Shown here: piece after piece, positions 1 through 12,597 of the stretch | Numbering within the stretch: the first letter of the stretch is position 1 | Layout of the letters: every line of letters begins with the position of its first letter | Assembly (NCBI GenBank): GCA_002633005.1 | Contig: NMRA01000059.1 | Coordinates: forward strand, 299,883 to 363,882 | Source of the DNA: Phoronis australis | Taxonomy: Eukaryota > Animalia > Phoronida | DNA: 64,000 nt | Direction of reading: 5' to 3' | The notes under the pieces: model-generated | Databases searched by the model: none | Told to the model about the DNA's origin: nothing | The model's input: only the letters and a program-made list of their open reading frames with translations | Made by a program: the position numbers and the translations under genes

Positions 1-299
1 GAGTTTGTCAAGAGATATATAGGTCATAGAAGGGAGTTTGTCAAGAGATATATAGGTCATAGAAGGGAGTTTGTCAAGAGATATATAGGTCATAGAAGGG
101 AGTTTGTCAAGAGATATATAGGTCATAGAAGGGAGTTTGTCAAGAGATATATAGGTCATAGAAGGGAGTTTGTCAAGAGATATATAGGTCATAGAAGGGA
201 GTTTGTCAAGAGATATATAGGTCATAGAAGGGAGTTTGTCAAGAGATATATAGGTCATAGAAGGGAGTTTGTCAAGAGATATATAGGTCATAGAAGGGA
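1..299. repeat. 33-bp minisatellite, ~9 perfect copies (continues upstream of window)
   Basis: Unit gagtttgtcaagagatatataggtcatagaagg repeated head-to-tail. Confidence 0.97.
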
Positions 300-403
300 G
301 AGTTGTTGGGAGAAGGCTGTCAACAAGTGAAGGAGAGACAGGAGGCTGGTGTTGACAGTTTAGTCATATAATTATCATTGTCTTGTTTTGTTCACAGTTT
401 CCA

Positions 404-1369
404 ATGGAATCCACAAGTGCTGTTCAAGGTTCTGGTAATAAATGCTCAAATATACTGGATTTCCACGCAACTGAATCCCCTCCGTGGCGTGAGGGTAGAA
501 GCTTACCACAAGTTTCTGAGATGCTTAATGAAATTGTGGGTTTTCGTAAAGATTGGTTTGAAATGAAAAAGAAGCATGCAAAAAAAGGCATTGATCAAGT
601 ATTAGATGAAATGAGAACGAGTTTTATTCATCATGTCAATGTTGGAGAAGGAATCGGAACTCAAACCCTGGAAGAGACGAGAGCAGTTCTGAGCGATCAA
701 ACAAACACTCCCAGTCTCAAGAGATCTGGTTCAAAGAGTGAGACTGAAACCATGAATATTCGGGTAGCAATGGATCACATGGCCGACCTTTTGAAACAAG
801 AAACTGATGATCACCTGTATCTTGGACTTCTGGAACAAACTGAATTTATAAAAGATGTCCACAAAAAGTTAATGCAGGGAGTCAACCAATGCAGTACAGC
901 TCCAGGACACTACAGTGTGAACCAAAGGAGCGCAGAATATAAAGGAGAGATTCACAATTATCCAAAGTTTGAGAGAGAAGAAGAAGCAGAACACCGTGTT
1001 CAGATTTTAATTGACATTTACAACAAGATTATTGCAGATGTAAAAAACATTACCCGTGAACGTGAAAAAATTGAATTGGGATTCAAGTGCGCTGCTTGGT
1101 TTTTCTTCGAGTTCATTTCACTTCATCCGTTTGGGGATGGTAATGGAAGGTTGAGTCGTTTGCTCTGTAGTTATGTTCTAAGTGTTATCACGCCATTTCC
1201 AACTTCTATTTACAATATCTACTGTGAATCCAAAAAGACGGATTACATTGATGCCATTGTTTCAGCTCGCACATCAAAGAGCCGGCATCCTTGTGATCTA
1301 GCAGCCATGATAATTGAATGTAACTGGTCTAGCTGGAAATATTTTATAGACAAATTGAAAAAGTTTTAA
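404..1369 (+). CDS. Fic (Fido) domain protein, putative AMPylase, ~321 aa; single visible coding exon (acceptor ttcacag ends 397, so upstream exon(s) likely)
   Basis: Canonical Fic motif HPFGDGNGRLSR; IKDVHKKLM and PGHYS Fic-core elements; HVNVGEG resembles the inhibitory (S/T)xxxE(G/N) helix; no TM/TPR as in FICD. Confidence 0.92.
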   Translation: MESTSAVQGSGNKCSNILDFHATESPPWREGRSLPQVSEMLNEIVGFRKDWFEMKKKHAKKGIDQVLDEMRTSFIHHVNVGEGIGTQTLEETRAVLSDQTNTPSLKRSGSKSETETMNIRVAMDHMADLLKQETDDHLYLGLLEQTEFIKDVHKKLMQGVNQCSTAPGHYSVNQRSAEYKGEIHNYPKFEREEEAEHRVQILIDIYNKIIADVKNITREREKIELGFKCAAWFFFEFISLHPFGDGNGRLSRLLCSYVLSVITPFPTSIYNIYCESKKTDYIDAIVSARTSKSRHPCDLAAMIIECNWSSWKYFIDKLKKF

Positions 1370-1467
1370 AGACAGTCTGCACGCCACCTGTTGGCTATAT
1401 TGTATTACCGTTATCTGAAAAGATTTCTGCACTGTGATGTGTCCAACAGGTGGCATGCAGATCAGGC
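1370..1467. mobile_element. ~98-bp inverted-repeat element (MITE-like) flanked by TTAA on both sides
   Basis: tctgcacgccacctgttgg vs ccaacaggtggcatgcaga (18/19 inverted match); TTAA at 1366-1369 and 1468-1471. Confidence 0.5.
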
Positions 1468-3141
1468 TTAAAAGTAGTTGTGATCTATATTTGCGGACTG
1501 GTTTAAGATTTACATATTCATATGGTGCATAATATTACTTTCAGTTTTATTGTCAAGGGCCTATTCACACTTGCTGTAAAACTGGCACAAGTGGGGCCAA
1601 CTGGTCCAAAATATTTTTTTTAACTTTAAAGGCATAACTGATCAATCTGAAGGTCCCAGTGTACACACTAGAACAGTCATAACTTTGAATTCAATATTCA
1701 TTTTATGAATACAAAATGTATACATTTACCATTGACTGAGGGTTATTGCTGAGTTTTACTGTATCAAGATTTTATAAGTGCAAAATGTACACATTTACCA
1801 TAGACTCAGGGTTAGTTGGGATGTGATGCCCTAATATGTTTTTTTGTGTTTTTGAAATATAGAGGGAAGTATATTGTGTTTGGTTCAATTGAGAAAATGT
1901 TGAGAGTTGTGACTTAAGTTATTTCTAACTTGTATTAATATCTTATACTCTGAGTATGAATGACTTATGGTCTACTAAATACAAAGGGCATTTTTGTCTA
2001 TAGGCCGACCGTTTTTTTTATTATTGAAAAGCATTATTTTGTGTAGTATTGGAAGCTGATCTTCTGATATGTTTTAGAGCTCCGATTATTTTACCATTAA
2101 AGCAGTATTGTCTATTCTCTTGAATGTAAATTGATGAGAATATTTTAATTTTTAGTGATTGATTTATAGGGGGGAGCGGGGTAAATGTTTATTAGGTCGT
2201 TTGTCTTTCTGCTATAATGCAAGAGCGACAAGTTCTTCCCCGGCTGTAAACTCTGGTTCTACTAGGTCATGTACAAAATCACACTTTCACTGGGAAGCTG
2301 GCATTGGATTTGCTGAAAAAATCTTGTGGGTAATCTGAGCAAAATTTGAAAACAGTTTTTATCAAAAGCCGAAAGGTGTTTGAATAATTAAGAATCTAGA
2401 ACTGAGGTCGAAGAAATCGACACCCTCCTCATTCTATCTTAAAGTCTTAGTAGCACACGTTTTAACCCTTATTAAATGGTTAGAAGTTATGAGAAACCAC
2501 GCAGTACTTATCCCATAACCAATAACCAATCCATAGTCGAAGAAAGTTTAAATAAACGCGCCACTCATAAGAACGCCGGCCGTGCGACAGGAGCAGTGTC
2601 TGTTACCAGCCTGGAAACGGGGATAAAATAATCGACGGAGGACCTTAACTTTAAGAAAACCAAAATAGGGACAATTTGTACTGAAATTGTTGACAAAATG
2701 TGGCAAATCAATTTTAACAGAAATTATTTTAGCGGATTCTGACTTGCAGCCGACGACCCAGTACTAGCGAAAGATTAATGCATGCGGTCGTCCGTTTTAA
2801 CGAAATAGGCCTAAATGGTTAAAATCACAATGCAGTTGCAGACACTGGCATATAATTACGGACTAGTCACAGTCCTGTGCCAACGATTGAATAACAACAA
2901 AGATATTACAGGAAACTATGAAATCTTTGATAACTATGGCGACAAGGCTAAGCGTGCTTTACCGTGTGTCAGTAACTAACTTCGGTAACAAACAGTGTAA
3001 ACAAAACAACGATCATGTAATATCTAAATAATTGAATAAAATTGCCAAACAGAATATCCTGACGATTAAACTTGCGAAAATATCGAAAATAAATGTAGAC
3101 GGAAATTAAGATACCTGTGGTCTGCCGCTTCTTCCGTTACT

Positions 3142-3292
3142 CAAGGCGGATCCAGGATTTTGAGTTGCGGGGGGGCAGGGTTGAGTATTAGCCAGGATTT
3201 TGCCCGTCAGCCATTCGCACCCCCGAACAGCCAAATAGAATCTGGAAGAATTTTAGGAGGGGCATGACCCCTCTTCCCTAAATCCGCCACTG
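3142..3292. mobile_element. hAT-type MITE (GGCGGATCC termini)
   Basis: caaggcggatccagg ... aaatccgccactg imperfect TIRs with internal G-run/C-run; TSD not clear. Confidence 0.55.
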
Positions 3293-3787
3293 TTACCTAC
3301 TAGGCCGAACGACAGAATACCATGGTGGCAAAATTTTCACAAAGAAATCTTGTCATGGTGCCAAATGGTATTAGATAAGTATTTTAATACTTATACCAAA
3401 ATGTAAAAGGAATAACTACCACTCAACCAGAAGCTACTGCTCGACGGAGCCCGACCACCTGTCAGTGCTCCGTAGCGCAAGATGGAAGCGCGCCCGGACC
3501 TTGAATGGGTGAAATTCGTGTAACAAAAAGGTTAAAAAATACTGTGTCATGCTCCTAACACTGCAATATTTTACCATCGCCGACATTCAACTCATTGACT
3601 ACAATTCACTACGCTCTGCCCCTCGTTTGCGTTTTCAGAGATCGCGGAATCGGTTTTTATATTTAGACAACAGAGGTATATATTGAAAGTTTTTGTCACA
3701 TTTTAATAGGTTTTCCCTAATTGAAAATCAAAGCCAGTTTAGCAAGTGATTACCGGTATTTTACCTGTGAGGAGTCCCAGCAACTGC

Positions 3788-4215
3788 AGGGGAATTAGAG
3801 TAACATGGGGCAAAAGGCCTACGCGGGGTCAAACGCCCCCTATAAGTCGGGAATTATACAACTTAGGCAGCCACGTGATGGATTACGTCTTCTGGTTTCA
3901 CACGATCGTCTGCTGACACGTTTTTTGGATTTCAGACTTCAACGCTATGTCTTTGTTTACATTGGTTTTCTTGTAAAAACGACACTTCGTTACTTTTAGT
4001 GTCGTATGCGTTACTAATAATAACTGACAGTTCAGATGATTTTTCCTGCTAAATCAGTGCATTAAGTTGTTGTTAGACTTATCTCCCTTTCTTTTACGAT
4101 ATTTTGATAAAAAATAGAAGGCTGTTCACTGGGGGCAAACGACCTCCATGCTTGTGGGGCAAGACGCCTACATGGGCCTTTTGCCCCAGTGCAGTGGGTG
4201 TTTTGTCCTCTACAC
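3788..4215. mobile_element. Non-autonomous DNA-transposon fragment with repeated ggggcaaa(a/c)g subterminal motifs
   Basis: ggggcaaaaggcc (3807) is inverted to ggccttttgcccc (~4175); several ggggcaa repeats. Confidence 0.35.
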
Positions 4216-5271
4216 TTAGAATTCTGTCAGTAGAAGTGTGCTCTGCCTTTAAACAACGTACTTGAATTTTAAAAAACGTTTTTTTCGTATTTTAATTAAT
4301 GATGTGATTACTGTTTTCATTTACTTGGCACATTCATAACGCTAACAGGTGAAGGGATAGGTAAAAAAGGTTAGGTTCTACATTGTGTAACTTTGTTTGA
4401 TGCGTGTTTTTTTGAAATTTAAAGAGAATATAACTAAATGTTACCGACTTAAAGATCTTGATGATATTAAATATTCGGTATTTTGGTTTTAGATATGGTA
4501 CGAAAGTATAAAAGGAAAACAGTTTCCCGACTTCCTGATAAGAATCGGTGTAGTTAAGGGGGAAAGCACGTTGTTTCGCTGGTCCTAGTACTTCTGTAGC
4601 TTCGCAAACACGCACTGAGCGACTATTTTGCAGTTTTGAAGGCGCTTTCTTGTCAAAATGTTTTAACGGATGACCGCTGAACACTCCAGGTTCAGGCAGG
4701 GTTACGCGTACCTGATCAACAATTCTTCTCATCATATTGGAATTAATCATGTTTAGTTTACTCCCTGATTATAGCATGTCAAAGGATCCGAAGTGAGATG
4801 CGATGGAGTGATTTGGTCTTGCACTGATCAGAGTTACAAAGTTTACATTTTAAATCCCCAACTATCATTGCCAAACATAACCCGTTACTGGCTCGGCGTG
4901 TCGTAGCCATTCCCACTTCCACGTCTTCTCCAATTTTTCTGTCAGTGCTCAAGCTTTCTCATCAAGAACGAAAAAATCCACCTTTGTTCGCGGCTTCAGA
5001 CAATTCCGAGCTAGAACTCTCATAACAGCTTGTTCGAGCTCTTTAGAGCGCGATCCTTTATGAGAAATAGCTTAAAATGATATCAAACCCGGTTTTGGCC
5101 TATTAACAAATACTAAGATGACGTCCACTTCTCTAATACGAAATAATACTGCAGGACTCCACCAAAGGATCATAATGTCGATTTTGTGAAATAGAGTGTA
5201 AGTTTTTAGATTGACGCAATGGCAGAATGAGGATTGGTTGAAATCATCTAACAGGCGCGCCAGCGTAATTT

Positions 5272-5476
5272 CAAGCTCAACTGATAAGACCATTCCAAGC
5301 TCAATAAGACCAATCCAAGCTCAATAAGACCATTCCAAGCTCGATATGATCATTCCAAGCTCAATAAGACCAATCCAAGCTCAATAAGACCAATCCAAGC
5401 TCAATAAGACCATTCCAAGCTCGATAGGACCATTCCAAGCTCAACAAGACCATTCCACAAGCTCAATAAGACAATT
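5272..5476. repeat. 20-bp minisatellite, ~10 copies
   Basis: Unit aagctcaataagaccattcc. Confidence 0.93.
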
Positions 5477-5748
5477 CTGTGAATTACAGAAGAGAAATAA
5501 AAGTATAGTAATTCGCTCAAAAACTCACATTTATTGCCAAACAGAACACTAGTCGCATTTTTTTACGTGCGACGCCTTAACTGGAACAGACGGCCCTGCT
5601 CACCGAGTGCCTGCTGAACTTGAACCTAGGCACGACTGAGCAATAGGTCTCTTCAACTACACGTACGCACATGCAAAGATGGTATAGCTAGTCTCTAGAT
5701 GCGCACGTCAAATTTACGACAGTTGTTCCGCCGACTGAGTGTCGAGGT

Positions 5749-5775
5749 CATAGACATCCTAATACTATGTCTATG
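5749..5775. mobile_element. 27-bp mini-element, TIR CATAGACAT, 8-bp TSD
   Basis: gtcgaggt|catagacatcctaatactatgtctatg|gtcgaggt. Confidence 0.75.
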
Positions 5776-6010
5776 GTCGAGGTAGCACTGCACTGACATT
5801 ATCCGTCACCCCGGAGTCGGCACTAAAGTTCGCATTGCAATCGAAGCTAAATCCCACTCGTTAAATAATAGACTTTTAAAGCGCATTTACAATTTAACTG
5901 GTCAAATCACTGGCCTTGATTTCAACGACTGTCTGGCAGAAACTGGCGATTTGAAACAAAATCACAAAACAACGGAATTTGTTGTTTACAGCTCTGGTCA
6001 AGGCTAATAC

Positions 6011-6038
6011 CACAGACATCTTAATCTTGATGTCTATG
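6011..6038. mobile_element. 28-bp mini-element of same family, 8-bp TSD
   Basis: gctaatac|cacagacatcttaatcttgatgtctatg|gctaatac. Confidence 0.75.
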
Positions 6039-8918
6039 GCTAATACCTTCAAGAAGTCTCTTCCAGCAATGAATCTAAGAAAGCATTTTCCGGTCCCAAA
6101 ATCGATGACGAGTGCGAGCGGAACATTTTCTTGTTTCATTTCAAGCACACACCCCACCCAAAAACCAACGAAACAAACAATCAAGCGCGTAGTAAGACTA
6201 CGATAAGTGACACTAATCGTTCATACTCGCCCACCGTGTCTCCCGCATCTAGTGTTGTAAATCAACTCGTGAGCATATTTTATGGTAGAAAAATGAATTT
6301 CCGTGATGTAATATTGTTTGTACATTTCTCACAGAGTGACCACAAGTTTACTAACCTATGGACCTGTAACTTATAAGACTTCCAATATACCGTATTCGTA
6401 TTTTTCCTAAGTGCTCAATGTTTGTGAGCGCCACCAACCGGATTTTGAACTTTATATTATAAGTGCCCTTCCTTTCGACGTAGCTGACAGTGTAAAACAG
6501 ATACCAGCGCACAGGTCTATTAATCTCTCTTGCATTTTTCTTATCTGCAAGTCGCACTGCACTTCAAAATTCCGCCATGTTTTAAGAAAGGTAAATACCA
6601 CACGATTTCACATCAACCAATCATAACAAATTGTTAAAAAAGCAGCTAACTTTACACCTGCTTTCAATTGATAACATCACAGAAAACGCCTACCTGTAAA
6701 CTAATTCAAGTTCCCACTGGCTTTCTGATGTACCCAATTCCAATTTAATGGCATGTCGGGGTGTTGAATGTAGGTAAAAATTTTAGACCAATTTTGAGGT
6801 CTATGGCAATAAAAGGATACAGAACATATCAATCAGTTTGACAACTTTATGTCACTAGAACGAGGCAAAGTATTTAAAATAGCAACTAGTACCATGCTCT
6901 TATTTTTAACAAGACACCAACTAGCACCACTGTTAGGGAAAACATATTCACAAAACTATGTCCCCCTATTTTTTAACACTCAGGGTGAAGAGGGTACAAG
7001 TGGTTAATTCCCTGCATAAGACAAGGGTGCCATATCAAGATGGAGATCAATACAAACGACTTTCCTGTCAAGCATTCCATTGTATTTGATGACAAGATGC
7101 TGTTTACAGACTGATACAAAATCTATCTAGAATTACAGGCAAACACAAGTCTCACATGACTGAATCACTGTGGACCACAGAAGGTTTCACTTCTTAATTA
7201 CAGGGCCTGCGACCACCAAATTTTATCAGTCCCTTAAATTACTAGACAATGAAAAATTACTCAAACTGAGTGATTTCTCAGGCTTTCCAGACCACCAGAA
7301 TGTACACATCTAAAATGTACTTAAAATCTTAAACAATTCTCAGATTTTTAAGTAGTATTCAAGAAAGTGTGAGCACTAATAGTTCTTGAGTACAATTTCA
7401 AGCACACTTGGAAAAACAACCTACAAATTCCGAGAGCACTTAATAGCATGCCTGAAAAGGAACTCAATGTAAAGTACACTTTATTGAAGGTTTAGGTGAT
7501 ATCTTATTATTGACAGAGTGTATTTAATAACATTACAATCAGTATCAATAAGTAAAATCCTGATTTACACAGTTTATACAATGCACTTTTAAATTCGCAG
7601 AAAACAAGACGCCAGGTTTCAAAATGCTCTTAAATTTTATCTTTCTGGTTTATCGCATCAAATACTTCCACAATAAATGGAAAATATTTCTCAAGTCTGA
7701 GAATGTCTTGAAGAGATTTGAGTAAAGACTGACGCTCATTAAGTCAAGAGTATTACTGCACTTAGGCAGGTGGGAGAACAACTTGGATTAGTCTGAATAA
7801 TTTAATGGTCAGAGTAAAGTTTGGTGGCCACTAGTCCAGAACCAATAAATGCACAGCTGTTATACACAAAAATATACAAGTGTTACCAAGGAGACCTATA
7901 CACTGCATTTATACAAAGGCACCACCTACCACGTATCAAAAACATAATAAGAAAATGTTTACTTACAAGAACAAGATATCATAAAATGATCATTAATAAA
8001 AAGGAAAACCATTAACATTACAATCAAGCATGACTTATATTTTGGTAATTTTAACCTTTGACATGAAATTTTGTAAATTAATGGTGAAACTCTGCTTAAG
8101 TCTCAATGGAAAATGAAATATTGGACATAAACAATTGAATGAAACTTTGTTCTTTACAAGATGTTTTGCACTTCATTTCTACAAAAGCACAAGCTTGCAA
8201 TAATGCTACTCTAAATCCTCCTTGTCTAAAAAAGCTGCGATGCAGTACTTGAATCTTTAGGACAAACAGACCACTGAAGACCTTTAGAGTACAAACAATA
8301 CAATGCCTGATGTCTGTGCAACAATCTTACACACACCTGTTCAAACAGTGCTGTGTACTGCGTGACACTATCAACTACAAACAATACAAATGTTTCACAT
8401 GTTCCACAGACAAACTGGAAACGACTTTTCCAAGTTCTGTCTGACGTGCTTCCAGTTGGTTGTTTGTGACAGTGCTTCCTATTGGCTGTTTGTAACAGTG
8501 ATTCCTATTGGCTGTATGTGACAATGTTTCAACTTTCCAGTGACTGACTTCACAAAAAGTATAACTTTCTTGGCTTACAGGGACAATAAACTGGAATGCC
8601 ACTGGTTTTGATATTATTTTTAAATCCATAAGACTTTCAATTTATCCTGCATGTAACCATTGCCCTTCTAAATGAACACAATTAAGGCCAGGGAATGGCA
8701 ATTATAACTGAACTTCATCAATAATCACAGGCAAGTCTTAGTAAAATTAACACCTAAAACATTGGCTTTCCCTTTTAAGTAATCAACCACTGAGAAGTTG
8801 TTCCATCTAAGGACAGTTCTGTGCCCCACTTGCCTAAACACCCCAGGCACAAAAGTGTTCTATAACGTACAGACACTGTGGTACGACATGATCAACTTTA
8901 CACATGTGTGATACTAAC

Positions 8919-9346
8919 TCACACTGATGTTTCGGAATTGAGTCGCAGTACAAACTTATTGCGCTTCGGGTCAATGACCTCTTCAGTGAGATTAAAGTGC
9001 GGGATGCGTTTGACAGCACACAGGATCGACACCTCTCCCTGCCGCAGCTGAAACACAGTACCATGCTCGATTGTCCGGCTCAATAATAAGTCGCTGACAA
9101 GCACCCATGTCTGAGTTTCCTTATAAAACTTGTCCACACCAATCACGTTTCCCTGGGTGAGGTAACGTGAGAGGAACGCTTTAGGACTGAGGTCATGTGA
9201 GATGCACTCAGCCAAGTGCTCCAGTACCATCTCCATTGTATACTTGGGTTGTTGGCGTGTCACACGCAGGAATTTCTGAAGGGCACGTGCCATCGAGGGG
9301 AAGATAGCTTGAGCAGCTTCCTGAGGGTCCATGGGGATGGCAGGAC
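8919..9346 (-). CDS. VANGL: Vang-like/Strabismus planar-cell-polarity protein, last coding exon
   Basis: GPAIPMDPQEAAQAIFPSMARALQKFLR...KFVLRLNSETSV* (PDZ-binding ETSV); acceptor ttgcag, phase 1 matches upstream donor. Confidence 0.97.
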
Positions 9347-10825
9347 CTGCAACAACAATTAAACAAGGTATAGTATGGCCCACAACAGGAATATGGTCAT
9401 AAGGCTAACCAATTCAAGGCACATGAGCGACCACTGGAGGCTAGAGTATATATTTATTTCAACCTTCGATGACCAAAAATTAATCGATAGATTAACAAGA
9501 TGGCACATATCACTAAAACTGGTCATGTTTTCAGAAGCTTGTGTTTCAGTGGTACTTGTATTTCAGTGGTACTTGTTGTACATAGCATAACTTAAGCATG
9601 TGTAACTGGTTAACCACAAACTTCTTAAATTTAAGAATGTTGAGGTTCACAAATGCAGTGCTAGCTTGGGGTTAAGAGCCCCACCCAAACCACTGACTTT
9701 GCTTGAACTTCTTTTTGTTCATAAAACAACTGTAGTTACGCACTATTTTTATTTGCTGAACACGTCTGTCAGAATAAATATTGATTAAGTAATTAGTAAG
9801 AATAGATCCATTTTAAGTTGCCCAAAATTTGTGCATACTTTTAAATCATGGGGTCAAACTTGTTGACATGTACTTTAACGTCAAAATCTATTTTAAACGG
9901 TGTTTACAAGTTTGGGTTGATGATATGATTGGATATGATCATGTGGTTTTTATTAACAAATCACTAAATAAGTAGAATATTATAATAAGGGCTTAAGTCA
10001 ACAAAATATTCAGATGAGCTATAGTAGTTGAAGCATAAAGATTTGCTACAGTGTACAGAGGAAATTGTACGACAGAGCCATCTCGTGGAAGATTCTAGAA
10101 AGGATCTTGGCAAGGCCAAGGGCTTGTCACTTGCATCGTGGGTAGTAAGATACTACCTGGAGTGTTGCATCACCAGCCAGAGACTGTGACCAGCAAGAAG
10201 AATCGCGGGTAGAAGAAATTGCCAGCAAGTGTTGCATCACCAGCCAGAGACTGTGACCAGCAAGTACACTGTCACAATACAGTGTGTGTAGTTTGAAGAT
10301 TCACCAACAGGACAGTCATCCAACAAGAGGAGAGTCCTAGCTTGGATAGCAGATAAGACATCTGACTATTTTGGTTGATTGATTAAAGTAATCTTTAAAG
10401 AGGGTGCTAGTGTAGTTACTCTTCTTTGAAGTTAATTGCTTAATTAACAACAGGTTTCACTCGTCTAATTAGGGCTTATCATATAATAAATTAATTACTG
10501 GATTTCATTATTCACTCCACATCTACGCACAATCTCAAAGCATAGCTACCTTTTAAACAAACCCAGTCAATCGTCTGACAACGTCCCTATACATTTTTTA
10601 ATAAAACTGATTACCACAAAAGTTATTGGTTTTGTAATAAGCAGTAAAAACTGGGCTTTTCAACTATGGCTCATAATTCAGATTTCCAAATACGGTGCAA
10701 AGTATTTGCAGCATGGTGCAGCTCTGTCTGTAAATATACGCTTATTTAATGCATTGAGTCTGAAACAGTACAGGTGAGCTCAGTGAGCTGTCCAACAATA
10801 GTAAATCTTTTGTAACCAGAGTTTT

Positions 10826-12482
10826 AACAAAAGCAACACGGAGCGTTGAAATGCGCCCACGAATGCATCGCAAATGGTGTGCTTTTCGGGTTATTTATTT
10901 GTATCATAAAAATGGCCATTAGATGGTGCAACAACGTACAATCCATCCAAAAACGGGAACATGCCATATTTCATAAAAATCTGTCAATGAACTTCAGGGA
11001 AAAAAAGGAGAACAGAATAAAATGAAATTGCCACTTGGATCCGCCTGAAAGTCATCGTCTGTTGTTATCTTCATATAAATACACAACTAAATTTACAATG
11101 AGTGGGTTTAGGAGATATAGCTATGGGCACAAAACAAAACTACCACTAGGCGGCACCACAGAAGTCAGTCACCATCATCAAACATCCTCTTCACACTGAA
11201 AACATACGCCAATTTTCAAAACCATCCCTACAATGATTTGGTTGATAGAGGGGTGGACGCCAAAAACAAGATTTGAAAACAGCAAAAATGGCCACTAAGT
11301 GGTGCAAAATACCTCGATTCCATTCAAAAGCAGGAGGATAGTGTCATCTCATCAACAGATGCCTATATTCAAAACTTTATGAAAATCTGTTGAGGATCTT
11401 TGAAGATACAGACTGGTAAACGTAAAAAAATAAAATTGCCAGTAGTCAGATCCATGCGAAAGTTGTCGTCGTCCGATGTCACCATATAAATACACTTGCT
11501 AAATTAAGTAAAGATCCTGCAAACGGTTTAGAAGATAGAGTCATGAACGCAAAAAAACTACCACTAGGAGGCGCCACAGTACTCGAAGTCATCGGAAAAT
11601 CATTGTCAGCCGTTCACTTCATAGTAAAAACAAACATGCCAATTTTCACAATTATCCTGAAAGCGGTTTCGTTGATAGATGAATGGACACCAAAAAACAG
11701 ACTCGAAAGCATTAAAAATGGCCACCAGGTGGCGCAAACTAAGTCGAATCCATCTGAAAACGAAGAGATGGCGTCACCTCATTAACAGATGCCACTGTAC
11801 CAAATTTTATGAAAATACGTTGAGGACCTTTGAACACAGAGGTAAACGTAAAAATAATAAAACAGTCGTCAGATCTGTCCAAAAGATGTCGTCCTCTGTC
11901 ATTAACATCATATAAATACACTTACTAAATTTAGTAAAGATCCAACGAGCGGTTTAGGAGAAACAGCCATAGGCGCAAAAAAAAACAAAACTGCCACCAG
12001 GAGGTACCAGAGTCGAAGTCGTTCGAAAATGTCAGCCGTCCACTTCATAGTAAGAACATACAAGCCAATTTTCACAATCATCCTTTGAGGGGTTTGGTTG
12101 ATAGAGGGGTGGACGCAAAAACAGACTAAAAACAGTAAAAATGGCCACTATGTGGCGCAAACTATGTCGAATCCATCCGAAAACGGGAGAATAGTGTCAT
12201 CTCACAAATAGGTGCCTATATACCAAATTTTATAAAAATCCGTTCTGGACTTTTGAAGATACAGAGGTAAACGTAAAAAACTAAAATTGCCACTAGGGGG
12301 CACACCAGTAGTCGAATCCGTCCGAATGTTGGCTCAGGCCGTCCCACTTGGGGAGAAACACATGTGCAAAATTTCATGATTATACGTCAAGGCATTTTGG
12401 AGATAGAGCAGCGGACGGACAGACGGACGGACGGAGATGACAGCATAATGCGTCCACATATAAATATGTGGGTGCATAAAAA
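10826..12482 (-). mobile_element. HINE/DINE-1/pearl-type non-autonomous Helentron element, copy 1 (full length)
   Basis: Subterminal inverted repeats ATGCGCCCAC / GTGGG(C/T)GCAT, terminal stem-loop caac(a)cggagcgttg, (GGAC)n microsatellite, hairpin gcgtccacatataaatatgtgggtgc, ~145-bp internal subunits in ~425-bp higher-order repeats, T/A-run termini. Confidence 0.8.
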
Positions 12483-12597
12483 TGTAAATAATATCAGGAA
12501 TACTTCCCATGATTTTTGAATTGGAAAACCGAACATTTTGTAGGGAATTAATAAAAAAGACTTCCTAGAGCAGACAGTTTAAGACACCATTTATAAG

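Noticed and set aside
1-299. CRISPR-like array next to the Fic gene
   Set aside because: 33-bp units are contiguous with no unique spacers; no cas genes; eukaryotic context
9942-10618. Solo LTR (tgtggt...accaca, internal ~40-bp duplication, AATAAA)
   Set aside because: No target-site duplication and no second copy visible; cannot be supported
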